Assembly: GCF_041886205.1 (NCBI RefSeq)
Contig: NZ_CP169031.1
Length of the DNA stretch: 64,000 nt
Direction: 5' to 3' (one strand)
Source of the DNA: Escherichia coli
GTDB lineage: Bacteria > Pseudomonadota > Gammaproteobacteria > Enterobacterales > Enterobacteriaceae
Part shown: in pieces, positions 10,318 through 23,552 of the stretch
How positions within the stretch are numbered: the first letter of the stretch is position 1
How the letters are laid out: each line of letters opens with the position of its first letter
The notes under the pieces: generated by a model
The model's database searches: none
What the model was told of the DNA's origin: nothing
The model's input: only the letters and a program-made list of their open reading frames with translations
Translations under genes and position numbers: made by a program

Positions 10318-10345
10318 ATCCCGCCAATCGGCGGGATTTTTTTTA
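10318..10345 (+). terminator. Rho-independent terminator (end of dar operon)
   Basis: ATCCCGCC-AATC-GGCGGGAT stem-loop followed by T8. Confidence 0.75.
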
Positions 10346-11125
10346 ATCGCTTTCCACTTCTTCCGTGGTGTTTTCTTGCAGTTCTGTTAATGCAGCACGA
10401 CATAGGTTCCGGGCATTGGCTATAGCCACACTTTTGACTTCATCCGTCATCGTGCAGGTAATGTACTGATCGAGTTCTTCAGCGCGGATGATGCTTTTGC
10501 CAATCAGAAACTGTATTTGCCAGAGCAGATCGGCATCCATAATCAGAATTTCTGCCGGGCCTTCAGGGCCAGCCGGGAAGGAAACATAAGACTGTTTGCC
10601 CAGGCCGACAACTCGACAACTTGCTTCAAGAATTGCGCGCTTGAGGTCTGACTTTATAACGGAAACAGGTTGATTTTCACCAGTGATTACGCCGTTGACA
10701 TGGAAAGGCATGTAGCTTGAAATACGCTCCACTTTCCACACGCCAGCAAGCGATCCTTCATGCAGCACAATGGGGGTAACCGCGAGTTTCATCTCACCAT
10801 ATAACTGCTGGCAGATAGCTGGATTGCTGAATACATCTAAAGGCTCACATTCAAACAGCGGCGCAATCTGCATGAGGTCCATCATGGTCATCCCTGGGGT
10901 ACGAGCAGTAATGAATTTGCGCATACCAGTATCCATTGCGCTCCAGATTGCTACACCATGCTTTTTGCTCACTTCTTCAGTAAAGCCAAGGTGGCACATG
11001 ATGGTTTTTTCGATAGCCAGATCAGAGATAGAAACCTTTTCGCCAGGTACTCCATCATTATTGATGGTCACTTCGACACTCTGGCCATTACGCAGGCGGT
11101 ATTGAATTGCTTTAGTATTTTCCAC
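10343..11125 (-). CDS. Hypothetical protein (last gene of ssb operon)
   Basis: 260-aa ORF, 7 nt downstream of the DUF2829 gene, same strand; no recognised motif. Confidence 0.6.
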   Translation of the reverse strand: MENTKAIQYRLRNGQSVEVTINNDGVPGEKVSISDLAIEKTIMCHLGFTEEVSKKHGVAIWSAMDTGMRKFITARTPGMTMMDLMQIAPLFECEPLDVFSNPAICQQLYGEMKLAVTPIVLHEGSLAGVWKVERISSYMPFHVNGVITGENQPVSVIKSDLKRAILEASCRVVGLGKQSYVSFPAGPEGPAEILIMDADLLWQIQFLIGKSIIRAEELDQYITCTMTDEVKSVAIANARNLCRAALTELQENTTEEVESD

Positions 11126-11131
11126 GTTAAA

Positions 11132-11809
11132 TCACTCCACTACAAACCAGTCACATGCCAGTAAGTCGCCTACAGAAGGAACCCACGGAACAACTACACC
11201 TTGTGCATTTTTTAAGGCGAAATAAGCACCATACGGAACGAGGTCGCCGGGGAAATATCCCTTAATGGCTTCCATTCGTGCCGGGTACTGTCCTTCAGGA
11301 ACCAGCCAGCAGAATTGGTTTTCGCCGTTCCACCCGCGTCGAGCAACTTTCTTGCCATCCTTCAGCCACATCAGCGCGTCAGAAAAGTCGGCTGCTTCAA
11401 GGTCGATTTCTTCTTGTAGAGTAGCGATACCGCCAGCAGAAATAGTTACGTCCCTGGCTGTAATGAATGTCACCCCATTGTGACCTTCAATGCTGAGCGA
11501 TACCCCATTTTCGAAGAAGTCGTTAGTCCGACTAAAGCCTTCTTCAAATGTTTTTTCTGGTGAATAGGACAGAGATCCGTCCTCATAAGCGACCAGATAT
11601 CCGCCAATTTCTGGTCGGTGTTTTTGCAAAAATATTTTATCAACATGGACTTTTACCCCTTCTGGCTCAACGACTTCGATGTTGCAAAAAAGGACCACAT
11701 CCATTAGGGCGATAATTTCGATATCTTTGATTTTTGAGGCGCGAACTGTTTTATGGCTTTTGTATTTTGGAAGTGCCGTCAAAAGCTCTTTCGTTGTCAT
11801 GTTATTCAT
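11132..11809 (-). CDS. DUF2829 (Tad2-like) domain fusion protein
   Basis: 225 aa from ATG at 11809 (RBS GAGGAAAG; track ORF extends to 11977). C-terminal ~85 aa (ALMWLKDGKKVARRGWNGENQFCWLV...VVPWVPSVGDLLACDWFVVE) matches my recollection of the DUF2829 signature; N-terminal 140 aa unknown. Confidence 0.6.
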   Translation of the reverse strand: MNNMTTKELLTALPKYKSHKTVRASKIKDIEIIALMDVVLFCNIEVVEPEGVKVHVDKIFLQKHRPEIGGYLVAYEDGSLSYSPEKTFEEGFSRTNDFFENGVSLSIEGHNGVTFITARDVTISAGGIATLQEEIDLEAADFSDALMWLKDGKKVARRGWNGENQFCWLVPEGQYPARMEAIKGYFPGDLVPYGAYFALKNAQGVVVPWVPSVGDLLACDWFVVE

Positions 11810-12006
11810 AGTCTTTCCTCTGCTTAAAACCTGATGTATTGCGCCTTCAGGTGGGTCAGGAATGTTTTCCCACCAGCGAACGCAATATCTCGGGGTGTTC
11901 TTTTCGTGAAAAGCGTGTGCCATTGCCAACTTTGGCGTTTGTTTGCGAGTTCGTGCTTTTGTCGGCGTCTGGACCACCGCTTTTCTTTCAGTCGTTTTTT
12001 ACACAT

Positions 12007-12495
12007 TCAAAACGGAATATCGTCGTCAAAGTCCATTGGAGGTTCGTTATTGGCGTTGCTCTGAGGTTTACCGCCACCACTGTATTGCTGGTGGTTTTGA
12101 GGTTGGTTTGATTGCCCCCAGCCATTTGAGGACTGTGAATCGTCACGGCGAGCGCCGATCATTTGCATGGTGCCGCCCTGGCTGACGATAATTTCCGTCG
12201 TGTAACGTTCTACACCGGCGTCATCAGTCCACTTACGGGTTTTAAGTTTCCCTTCGATGTAGACCTGAGAACCTTTTCGTAAATACTCACTCGCAATTTC
12301 AGCAAGTTTTCCGAACAAAACGACTTTATGCCATTCTGTTTGCTCTTTCTGTTGGCCCGTTTGCTTATCGCGCCATGATTCATTCGTTGCGATGCTGAGT
12401 CTTCCGACTGCGCCGCCATTTGGTATATACCTGATCTCCGGGTCTTGCCCCAGGGTACCAATCAGGATGACTTTGTTTACACCGCGTTGTGCCAC
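12007..12495 (-). CDS. ssb: Single-stranded DNA-binding protein
   Basis: 162 aa, GTG start; OB-fold N-terminus ([18 protein letters not shown]), Gly/Gln-rich linker, acidic tail DFDDDIPF. Confidence 0.95.
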   Translation of the reverse strand: MAQRGVNKVILIGTLGQDPEIRYIPNGGAVGRLSIATNESWRDKQTGQQKEQTEWHKVVLFGKLAEIASEYLRKGSQVYIEGKLKTRKWTDDAGVERYTTEIIVSQGGTMQMIGARRDDSQSSNGWGQSNQPQNHQQYSGGGKPQSNANNEPPMDFDDDIPF

Positions 12496-12514
12496 TTTTC
12501 TTACCTAATAAAAT

Positions 12515-12531
12515 AAATTAATTAGAGCAAT
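12515..12531 (-). promoter_or_regulatory. C1 repressor operator-like site upstream of ssb
   Basis: AAATTAATTAGAGCAAT, 16/17 match to reverse complement of P1 operator consensus ATTGCTCTAATAAATTT. Confidence 0.6.
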
Positions 12532-12664
12532 AATGTATATCTTTGAAACGTGGCTAACAAGTGATTTGCATTATCCTGTGCCTTCTAAAGGGATCGAGTC
12601 AGTCGGTATTGGCTGTGAATGAGTGTTTGTCCTGGAGCGTAAAAAATTCGCTTATGAGGTCTTT

Positions 12665-13222
12665 ATGAAGGGAAAAACAGCCGCAGGAGGCGGTGCAATT
12701 TGCGCTATCGCGGTGATGATTACCATCGTGATGGGTAATGGCAATGTGCGAACCAACCAGGCGGGGCTTGAGCTGATTGGTAACGCTGAAGGTTGCCGAC
12801 GTGATCCATACATGTGCCCGGCGGGGGTATGGACTGACGGGATCGGTAATACACACGGGGTAACGCCGGGTGTGCGAAAAACCGACCAGCAAATCGCCGC
12901 TGATTGGGAAAAGAATATCCTGATCGCTGAACGCTGTATTAATCAGCACTTCCGGGGCAAAGACATGCCCGATAATGCCTTCAGTGCAATGACAAGCGCG
13001 GCATTCAATATGGGATGCAATAGCTTACGGACCTACTACAGCAAAGCGCGAGGCATGCGAGTAGAAACGTCCATCCACAAGTGGGCGCAGAAAGGGGAAT
13101 GGGTGAATATGTGTAACCATCTCCCTGATTTCGTGAACAGTAACGGCGTGCCCCTGCGAGGTTTAAAGATTCGCCGTGAAAAAGAACGCCAGCTTTGCCT
13201 GACGGGGCTTGTCAATGAATAA
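12665..13222 (+). CDS. lyz: SAR endolysin (T4-lysozyme family, P1 Lyz-like)
   Basis: 185 aa from ATG 12665; N-terminal signal-anchor-release segment MKGKTAAGGGAICAIAVMITIVMG followed by lysozyme catalytic region (GLELIGNAEGCRRDPY...GIGNT). Confidence 0.9.
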   Translation: MKGKTAAGGGAICAIAVMITIVMGNGNVRTNQAGLELIGNAEGCRRDPYMCPAGVWTDGIGNTHGVTPGVRKTDQQIAADWEKNILIAERCINQHFRGKDMPDNAFSAMTSAAFNMGCNSLRTYYSKARGMRVETSIHKWAQKGEWVNMCNHLPDFVNSNGVPLRGLKIRREKERQLCLTGLVNE

Positions 13223-13469
13223 ACTCCGGCAGCTCCGCCGACTTTCGACAATGAAGTTATCGCTGGCGGCGATAGTTTTTGACTCGATTTTCATGGCGGT
13301 ATATGTGCTCAATGAGACGTGGCCACTGGAACCGCTATTGTATGCCGGGCTTCGGCTGTGCCTGACATTTTTGAGCATGGCTGCGAGATTGATGCAGCAG
13401 AAAGAAACCGCTTCAGATTGTCCACGCCGCGCGGTGCGCAAATATATGGCACGAAGGCGAAGGCGATAA
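13209..13469 (+). CDS. Putative lysis accessory protein (P1 LydD-like position)
   Basis: 86 aa, overlaps lyz stop, one hydrophobic segment, basic C-terminus; followed by terminator. Confidence 0.4.
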   Translation: MSMNKLRQLRRLSTMKLSLAAIVFDSIFMAVYVLNETWPLEPLLYAGLRLCLTFLSMAARLMQQKETASDCPRRAVRKYMARRRRR

Positions 13470-13483
13470 TAGTTAACGAGAAC

Positions 13484-13508
13484 CCCGGCAGCTGCCGGGG
13501 TTATTTTT
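13484..13508 (+). terminator. Rho-independent terminator
   Basis: CCCCGGCAGCTGCCGGGG palindrome followed by TTATTTTT. Confidence 0.65.
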
Positions 13509-13513
13509 GGTGG

Positions 13514-16244
<2,731 letters not shown>

Positions 16245-16310
16245 TTAATTAGAATAATTCGCATCGTGTTTGAACGGAATTTAACACTAGTCACTTGTTA
16301 AGGATTACCA

Positions 16311-19300
16311 ATGAACAAGCTATCTATGGGGGTGTTTCGCTGTTCAAGTGTCAGCGAAATATTAAAATACATTAGGGCAATAACATCTCACCGAGCGCCG
16401 ATTAAATACGGCGTGGAAAAGGTGGAAGGCAAAAGCTATGACCGACTGCGCCGGGAGGCGAATCAGAAGGCGATAGATTTGCTTAATTCGCTGGTGGACG
16501 GCGCGACACTGACAGATGAACAGCGCCAGATCCTGGCTGGGTACACCGGTGAAGGCGGCATTGGCGGGTCCGTCTCCGAATATTACACACCAAAGCCGAT
16601 CGCTGAAGGTGTCTGGGAGATCATGAAGCTCTACGGCGCGGACGTAGGTAACACTCTGGAACCATCGGCGGGAACCGGCGTTTTTAATGAGACAAAGCCG
16701 GTTGGTACGGTGATGACCGCGACTGAGATCAGCAGTGTTTCCGGTCGTATAAACCAGTTGTTACACCCGGAAGACAGCGTACAGATTTCCCCGTTCGAAC
16801 AGCTGGCTGTAAGCACGCCTAACGATTCATTCGACCATGTTGTGGGTAACGTTCCGTTCGGCGGTCGTGATAACACACGCAACATCGATAAGCCTTACGC
16901 AGAAGAAACGGACATGGGTTCTTACTTCATGCTCCGCATGCTGGACAAGATAAAGCCTGGCGGATTCATGTGTGTGATTGTGCCGCCGTCCATTGTTTCA
17001 GGTTCAAACATGAAGCGGTTACGCCTGCGCCTATCACGGAAAGCTGAATTTCTTGGCGCTCACCGCTTGCCTACCGGTACTTTTGACGCAAACGGGACCA
17101 GTACAGTCGTTGATGTGGTGCTGATGCGCAAACATCCGGCAGAGATGGCTGAGAAAATCCCCCTGGTGGATGAAGGCACTCTTGAATCGGCAAATGTGCT
17201 TTGGCCAACGTTTATTTCTGGCAAGTGGTTTGAAAAGGATGGCCGCCGGTTTGTTCATGGCACCCAGGAAAAGGGCTTCCAGGGGCGTATTGAGGTTCGT
17301 GCCGACGGTCAGATTGATAACCAGGCTCTTAAAGCGAAGCTGATTCATCGTTTCGAAAGCCGTATCGACTGGTCTTTGCTCGATATGGCTGAACCGTCAC
17401 CGACCGCAGACGTTGTTGGTGAAGGGGAAATGCGCCTGATTAATGGTGTATGGCAAAAATATGCTGGTGGTCGCTGGATTGAAGCTGATGCCGGGAAGGA
17501 ACTTAAGATCGATGCTGCCAGTTATGGCGCGGATAGCTGGGAGGCTCTTCAGCGTAACCTGACTACAACAGAAGGCCGTCTCGGCATGACATTTACCCAG
17601 ATGGCAAATGTCCGCGATAAGTACACCACATCAATCAGCGACGATATGGTGCAGCTGGTGGACTGGATTAACAGCCAGCCTGAAAAATACCGTGAACGCT
17701 TGTATCGCGGGGCGATGATTGGCCGGATGTTAATTGAATATCAGGACATGAAGGCCGCCGGGCATAGTGCTGAACAAATCGAACAGCAGCGCCTTTCTCT
17801 GGTATCCCGTTTGCAGGCAGAGATTGACCGTTTTGGTAACCCCGGTCGCGGTCCGATAGCGAAATTGTCGGGGAGCGGTGCGCGCGCCTGGTTTGCTTTC
17901 CGTGGTGCGATTAAGCTGGATGGCACTATTTCTGACGAGCTGACAGGAAAGCTGGTTACGCATGATTCCAGCGCCAGTTATGACTACACCAGCTATCAGG
18001 ACACCCTGCGTTATCTCTATAGCGATCTCACCCGCGATCCAATCCAGCTCGATGATTTCCGCCTTGCGTTTACCGGCGAACTGCCAGCCAGTGATGAAGA
18101 GTTGCTTAATTTATTGGCCAGCACCCCTGGTATTGCGGTTTCACCGTATGGCGGGATTGTTCCGTTCGCCCGCGCCACCAGCGGCGACATTAACGAGATA
18201 GTGGCTCCAAAACAGGAATTCCTCGCCACACTCCCCGACGGTCCAGTAAAGAACAACGTCCTTAATCAGCTGGCAGCTATCGAAGAGAAGCGCATCAAGA
18301 CGCCAGCAGAGAATATCCGGTTTAAGCTCAATAGCCGTTGGTTCGACCGTTCCGTCATTCTGGAATTTTTGCAGGAAAACGGCTATCCGGATCTGCGCTA
18401 TGTGCAGTCAGTGCAGCTGGAAGGCGACGAAATGGTTTCTGACACCTATCACGGTGGTGATGGTCTGTTCGTCGGGCACCGATACGGTGTCGTCCAGCGC
18501 AAGGATAAAGAAACAGGTGAGATTCGCTACGAGTGGGACCGTAAATCAGGTGAAAACGCGACCGGGTTCCCGGCACAGCTGGAAAAGTATCTCAATGGTG
18601 CGCGTATCGGTGGCAAAGATAGCGCGACGGCGAACGGCTACCGCGAGCAGATGGCACTGCTTGAGGACCAGTTCAATAAGTGGATCAAGACGCACGATCG
18701 CTACGATGAGCTGGTTGCCAAATACAACGATGTGTTCAATAGCAATATCCCGTATGAACACTCTGGCGATCCGCTTGGGTTGAAGGGATTAAGCGGTAAG
18801 CGCCAGCCATTTGATTACCAGAATAGCGAGGTGCGCCGACTGTCCGAAGATGGGCGCGGCATCCTGGGCTTCGGCACCGGGCTGGGTAAAACCACGACCG
18901 CGCTGGCGCTTGAGGCGTTCAACTATGAGAACGGTCGCTCCACCCGTACTGCGTATGTAGTGCCTAAATCAGTGCTGGAAAACTGGTATTACGAAGCAAA
19001 AGAATTCCTGAGTGAAGAGGCATTCAGTAACTACCTGTTCGTCGGTCTTGATGTGCTGATGGATGGCGATCAGATTCGCCAGGTGCAGGTGCTCGATGAG
19101 AACGGTAAACCTGTTCTTGGTACTGATGGCACTCCAGTTATGCGCGATGCTCTTAAGCTGGCAGATGAAGCCACTATCACGGCGCGGATGAACGCGATCC
19201 CGCACTCAAATTACCGTGCAGTCGTGTTTACCAAAGAACAATACGCCCGCATTCCGCTACGTGATGACACCGTAGATGAGCATGCACAGGATATGCTTTA

Positions 19301-22300
19301 TGACTTCGTTGCCGCCGGACGCGTAGCCAGCGCAATGGACTCCGACTCCCACCGCAAAGAGGCCGCGCGTCGCCGGGTATTGTCGGAGTATTCAGATACC
19401 GGCACCGAAAAAGCAGAGAAGTATCCGTACTTTGAGGATATGGGCTTCGATAGTGTGATCGCTGACGAAGGTCACAACTACCGCAATAGCTATAAAAATG
19501 GTCGCGAAGCGTCACAACTGGCCTATCTGCCCACCAGCGCGGTGGCGCAATCGGCGCGAGATATGGCAATTAAAAACGCGTACCTGATGAAAAAGAATGG
19601 TGGGCGCGGGCCGGTTCTCCTGACTGCAACGCCAGTCGTTAACACCCCGATCGATGCATACAACATGCTTTCTCATGTTCTGCCGAAGGAATACTGGCAG
19701 AACATGGGGATCTACGGTCCTGATGACTTCGTTAAATTCTTCGGCAAGACCAGGCTGGAAACGGTACAGAAAATTAGCGGTGAAGTTGAAGAAAAAATGG
19801 CGCTGGTGGGCTTTGAAAACCTTGATGCGCTGCGCGGTATATTCCATCGCTGGGTAACGCTTAAAACGGCGGAAGACGTTAAGGATACCGTGGAGATCCC
19901 GGAGCTGGACGAACACCAGCAGGATGCACCACTTACTGAAGAACAACTGGCGGCGTATGAAGAATTGCGTCAGCAGGCGGAAGCGGCGGCCAAAGCCAAC
20001 AATGGCGTAACGACCTCGGTCAATGAAGACGGCGTGATTGAGCACGAGAAAGCCCGTCCGATCTTCTCAATAATCAGGGATATGGACCGCGTATGTACTG
20101 ACATGGACCTGTACTATCGCCGGATCACCTATCGTTTCCTGCCGGAGTACGCCGATGCGGTGCAGCAGCTGGCGGACAGTTTGCCTAAACAAGCCACCAG
20201 CGAAGACGACGACAGTGATGATTCAATCACGCAGCAATCGCAATACTCCCTGATAGATAAGGGCGAGTTTATTCAGTTGCAGGTTCCGGAAGCGTTCGAG
20301 CAGGAAGTGAATAAGCGCCTGGCCAGGTTTGGCATTGACGAACAGACCGTAACTCACCCCGTTACGCCCAAATACGCGAAGCTGATTGCCACGCTGAAGG
20401 AGTTTTTCCCGGAAGGTAAGCAAATCATCTTCACCGATGAAAAAACGCAGCACCAGAAGCTCAAGCGCATTATCTGCAATGCTCTTAACCTTGAACCTTC
20501 AAAGGTGGGGATACTGAATGCTCAGACGGTTGCCGAGGCAGGTAAAACCGGTAAGAAACTGAAAGCGGTTAAACCGCCGAAAGAGTTACCGGATGAACCA
20601 ACAGATGCACAGATAGCGAAATACAACGAGCAAATGGCTCTGTATGACGCCTATATCGCGCAGCAAAATGAAATGTCGTTGGGCGGTCTGGAAAAGATTG
20701 CAGCCGACTTCCAGGAGGGCCGGACTCCGATCATCATCTGCAACAAAAAGGCAGAGGTGGGTATCAACCTGCATCGAGGAACGACTGACATCCATCATCT
20801 GACGTTGCCATGGACTCCAGCCAGTATTGCGCAACGAAACGGTCGCGGTGCCCGAGTTGGCTCCAACCGTGCAAGCGTTCGCGTTCACTACTACTGCGGC
20901 AAGGGTTCTTTCGATGAATACCGACTGAAGACGCTGAAGCGTAAAGCAGGCTGGATCTCCGATATCCTCCGTTCAGATAAGTCAGAAATGGAGAACGCCG
21001 ACGCCAACGATATGATCGAAATGCAGATGTATGCCGCTAAGGATGATGGCGAACGTCTGGCAATGATGCAGGTTCAAATGGATAAGGCGAAAGCCGCGCA
21101 ACGCGCTCGCCAGAAAGAACAGGCTACTATCGACCTTCAGAACTACATCAAGGCGCAGCACGCAGCTGGTGAGGATGTGGAGGTGCTTACCGCTGAATTA
21201 GAGCGAAGCAAAGCGGAACTTGAAAAGACCACCGCCGAGGTAGCTAAATTCAAACAGGCGGCAATGGCCAAGGCAGCGGATAACGCAGACTGGAAGGCAC
21301 GCTGGGGGAGTGTCCATCACACAGACCGTATGTTGTTAGCACAGTATCGCGCGTCGTTGAAAAGCGCCATTCAGCGCAAGGCTAATATCTCTCAAGCCAT
21401 CTCCCGCTATGAGAAATTATTGAACCGTACTCAGAAGGCCGCGACGGATATCAAACGCCTGCGCCCGCTGGTGGAGGATGCATTAAATAAAGGCATTCTG
21501 GATGTTGATCCTGACCTGGTTAACCATGCGAGTGAGTTCCTTGTTATCGGCGATCGCTCATGGCGTGTAGGCCAATACTACGATTGTGCCGGTGATATCG
21601 TTCGCATTAAGTCGCTGGACTTCGACAGCCAGCGCGCAGACGTGGAGATCATCTTCACCTTCAAAGGCACCAAATCTGGTAACTGGGATGTGAAGACGCT
21701 GGATAAACAGGTTGATGTAACTCCCGATGAAGATGCTGTTATGCAGAAAATCAGTGGTGGCGTCTCCATCGCCGGGATTAACGACATCGTTTCCTGTGAC
21801 GATTTCTACCGTTTCCAGCAGCGCGGCATGATCAAAATCACTGACTCATACGGCGTTCAGACTACAGAGTCAGGCTATAGCATTGATTTTGTTGGTACCT
21901 ATACGGACCCACTGAAGCATGCGGTTTACCCGGATCGCCGTGACGGCGCGCTGAAGTCGTCAATTGCAAAATGGGTGCTTGGTATGATGTCGGAAGGGAA
22001 TAACCGCCAGATCCGTTCGGCAGAAGCATTCCTGGTTGAACTGTTTGGCTCCAATTATGGCGATGTAATCGCGTCATACGGAGATACGCTATCCCCTGAA
22101 GCAATTCAGGAGAAAATAGCGGATGCGATCGCCAGAATGCCGGAGAAAACAAGCCAGGGGGCTACTCGTAACGGGGATTCTGAACTTGAAGTCACCAATG
22201 CCATTTTCGGTACCAATGAGTTCCGGGCGTCAGATTATGAGATCACCACAGCACAGTTTGGCACCATTGGCATTTACAGCAATAAAGACGAGATCAAGCA

Positions 22301-23078
22301 GGCAATGGACGCAGCAAGCGCGCGCATTGCAGCAGAACGGAAAGTCAATCTGAATCATGCAGTCGCCGCGCTGACTCAATCGTGGGTAACAGCAATCAGG
22401 GAGGCCGCCACCACAGGGAAAATCACACCGGCAATTGCGGATGTCGTAAACGACGGCTCTAAATTTATGGATGCCTATCAAATGGATGCGGTGCAGTTGC
22501 CATCAGCCTATGGGCAACTCAGCTATCGCATGACCTACAACCTGGTATCAATGTTTACCGACCTTGCCATCCTTGGGCTGGTGGACCTTAACGAGGTTAC
22601 GCCGGAATTGCTCAGCATGCGCAAGAATCATGTGGAGATATTGCACAGAATTAACACGGTACTTGCCGGGCGCACCGATGAAGAGAAACAGGCAGACGCT
22701 GATCGGATAAACCTGGCCCTTGGCAACATCACGGAGGAAGAAATTGCCGCCAGAAACGAGAAACAAGAAGAGTTATCATCAATACAGGGTGATGCCACCA
22801 GCATAGCTCAGTCTCTTGGTCTGAATTATCGCGTATCCACCGCCGACCTGAAGATGATGTACGCACCAAAATTCGCCGCTGGCGAGGTATTTGGGCTTCA
22901 GGAAGCCTCCGGCATGAAAGGGGTTCTTTTCCGTGCGAAAGACGCAATCAAGGCGAAATTCGGCGCTCGCTGGTTGCCAGCGAAGGCGAAGAACAGCGAC
23001 TTCCCAGGTAACTGGTGGATTATCGAGACAAAACACAACGTGGCGGACGTTCTGGCCGTCATCCAACAATACGCATAA
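16311..23078 (+). CDS. darB: DarB antirestriction protein (N6-adenine methyltransferase + SF2 helicase domains)
   Basis: 2255 aa; N-terminus has MTase motif I (LEPSAGTGVF) and motif IV (VVGNVPFGG); central DEAH-like helicase motif (VIADEGHNYRN). Length equals P1 DarB as recalled. Confidence 0.9.
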   Translation: MNKLSMGVFRCSSVSEILKYIRAITSHRAPIKYGVEKVEGKSYDRLRREANQKAIDLLNSLVDGATLTDEQRQILAGYTGEGGIGGSVSEYYTPKPIAEGVWEIMKLYGADVGNTLEPSAGTGVFNETKPVGTVMTATEISSVSGRINQLLHPEDSVQISPFEQLAVSTPNDSFDHVVGNVPFGGRDNTRNIDKPYAEETDMGSYFMLRMLDKIKPGGFMCVIVPPSIVSGSNMKRLRLRLSRKAEFLGAHRLPTGTFDANGTSTVVDVVLMRKHPAEMAEKIPLVDEGTLESANVLWPTFISGKWFEKDGRRFVHGTQEKGFQGRIEVRADGQIDNQALKAKLIHRFESRIDWSLLDMAEPSPTADVVGEGEMRLINGVWQKYAGGRWIEADAGKELKIDAASYGADSWEALQRNLTTTEGRLGMTFTQMANVRDKYTTSISDDMVQLVDWINSQPEKYRERLYRGAMIGRMLIEYQDMKAAGHSAEQIEQQRLSLVSRLQAEIDRFGNPGRGPIAKLSGSGARAWFAFRGAIKLDGTISDELTGKLVTHDSSASYDYTSYQDTLRYLYSDLTRDPIQLDDFRLAFTGELPASDEELLNLLASTPGIAVSPYGGIVPFARATSGDINEIVAPKQEFLATLPDGPVKNNVLNQLAAIEEKRIKTPAENIRFKLNSRWFDRSVILEFLQENGYPDLRYVQSVQLEGDEMVSDTYHGGDGLFVGHRYGVVQRKDKETGEIRYEWDRKSGENATGFPAQLEKYLNGARIGGKDSATANGYREQMALLEDQFNKWIKTHDRYDELVAKYNDVFNSNIPYEHSGDPLGLKGLSGKRQPFDYQNSEVRRLSEDGRGILGFGTGLGKTTTALALEAFNYENGRSTRTAYVVPKSVLENWYYEAKEFLSEEAFSNYLFVGLDVLMDGDQIRQVQVLDENGKPVLGTDGTPVMRDALKLADEATITARMNAIPHSNYRAVVFTKEQYARIPLRDDTVDEHAQDMLYDFVAAGRVASAMDSDSHRKEAARRRVLSEYSDTGTEKAEKYPYFEDMGFDSVIADEGHNYRNSYKNGREASQLAYLPTSAVAQSARDMAIKNAYLMKKNGGRGPVLLTATPVVNTPIDAYNMLSHVLPKEYWQNMGIYGPDDFVKFFGKTRLETVQKISGEVEEKMALVGFENLDALRGIFHRWVTLKTAEDVKDTVEIPELDEHQQDAPLTEEQLAAYEELRQQAEAAAKANNGVTTSVNEDGVIEHEKARPIFSIIRDMDRVCTDMDLYYRRITYRFLPEYADAVQQLADSLPKQATSEDDDSDDSITQQSQYSLIDKGEFIQLQVPEAFEQEVNKRLARFGIDEQTVTHPVTPKYAKLIATLKEFFPEGKQIIFTDEKTQHQKLKRIICNALNLEPSKVGILNAQTVAEAGKTGKKLKAVKPPKELPDEPTDAQIAKYNEQMALYDAYIAQQNEMSLGGLEKIAADFQEGRTPIIICNKKAEVGINLHRGTTDIHHLTLPWTPASIAQRNGRGARVGSNRASVRVHYYCGKGSFDEYRLKTLKRKAGWISDILRSDKSEMENADANDMIEMQMYAAKDDGERLAMMQVQMDKAKAAQRARQKEQATIDLQNYIKAQHAAGEDVEVLTAELERSKAELEKTTAEVAKFKQAAMAKAADNADWKARWGSVHHTDRMLLAQYRASLKSAIQRKANISQAISRYEKLLNRTQKAATDIKRLRPLVEDALNKGILDVDPDLVNHASEFLVIGDRSWRVGQYYDCAGDIVRIKSLDFDSQRADVEIIFTFKGTKSGNWDVKTLDKQVDVTPDEDAVMQKISGGVSIAGINDIVSCDDFYRFQQRGMIKITDSYGVQTTESGYSIDFVGTYTDPLKHAVYPDRRDGALKSSIAKWVLGMMSEGNNRQIRSAEAFLVELFGSNYGDVIASYGDTLSPEAIQEKIADAIARMPEKTSQGATRNGDSELEVTNAIFGTNEFRASDYEITTAQFGTIGIYSNKDEIKQAMDAASARIAAERKVNLNHAVAALTQSWVTAIREAATTGKITPAIADVVNDGSKFMDAYQMDAVQLPSAYGQLSYRMTYNLVSMFTDLAILGLVDLNEVTPELLSMRKNHVEILHRINTVLAGRTDEEKQADADRINLALGNITEEEIAARNEKQEELSSIQGDATSIAQSLGLNYRVSTADLKMMYAPKFAAGEVFGLQEASGMKGVLFRAKDAIKAKFGARWLPAKAKNSDFPGNWWIIETKHNVADVLAVIQQYA

Positions 23079-23111
23079 CAGGAGCGCCCGGTTCGCCGGG
23101 CGTCGCATAAT

Positions 23112-23552
23112 ATGGCCACACTATCTGATACAATAAAACCGAATAAAACATATCTTGAGGCGGTACTCCGTACAGCGTTGTTAGGAAAGACAGAAGACGA
23201 ATACGTTGATTTCTTCCTGTCAGGGCTACGCGGGCGATTACTGAAAAATCCCCGCCTGTACCGCAGCTATGGTCCATACTGGCCGGAAATTAAAAAATTA
23301 TTACTGGAGCGCGGTTATGGTAATTTCGGTCGTCTCGTTGACCGTGACGTTCGCAAAATTTACCGTTATGACCGCCCGGCGCTAACACTCATAGCCGCGA
23401 CGCTCTATAGCCAGGAGCGTTTTGATAATGGTCAGATATACTCAGCCTGGCATTTACTGCCAGTGCCTGAAGAAGTTGACGACCAGGACTATGAGTTTGA
23501 GTCTTACGATTTGGAAGTTGAAGCCTTGGCACAGGCTGGAGAGAAAACTTGA
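23112..23552 (+). CDS. ulx: Ulx-like protein
   Basis: 146-aa ORF between darB and lxc; named by synteny with P1 only. Confidence 0.45.
   Translation: MATLSDTIKPNKTYLEAVLRTALLGKTEDEYVDFFLSGLRGRLLKNPRLYRSYGPYWPEIKKLLLERGYGNFGRLVDRDVRKIYRYDRPALTLIAATLYSQERFDNGQIYSAWHLLPVPEEVDDQDYEFESYDLEVEALAQAGEKT

Noticed and set aside
16631-23136. Numerous 60-180-aa ORFs on both strands inside darB (e.g. 17034-17348, 19512-20045, 22779-23108)
   Set aside because: All lie within the continuous 2255-aa darB frame, which has recognisable MTase/helicase motifs; they lack RBSs and are typical antisense/out-of-frame artefacts.
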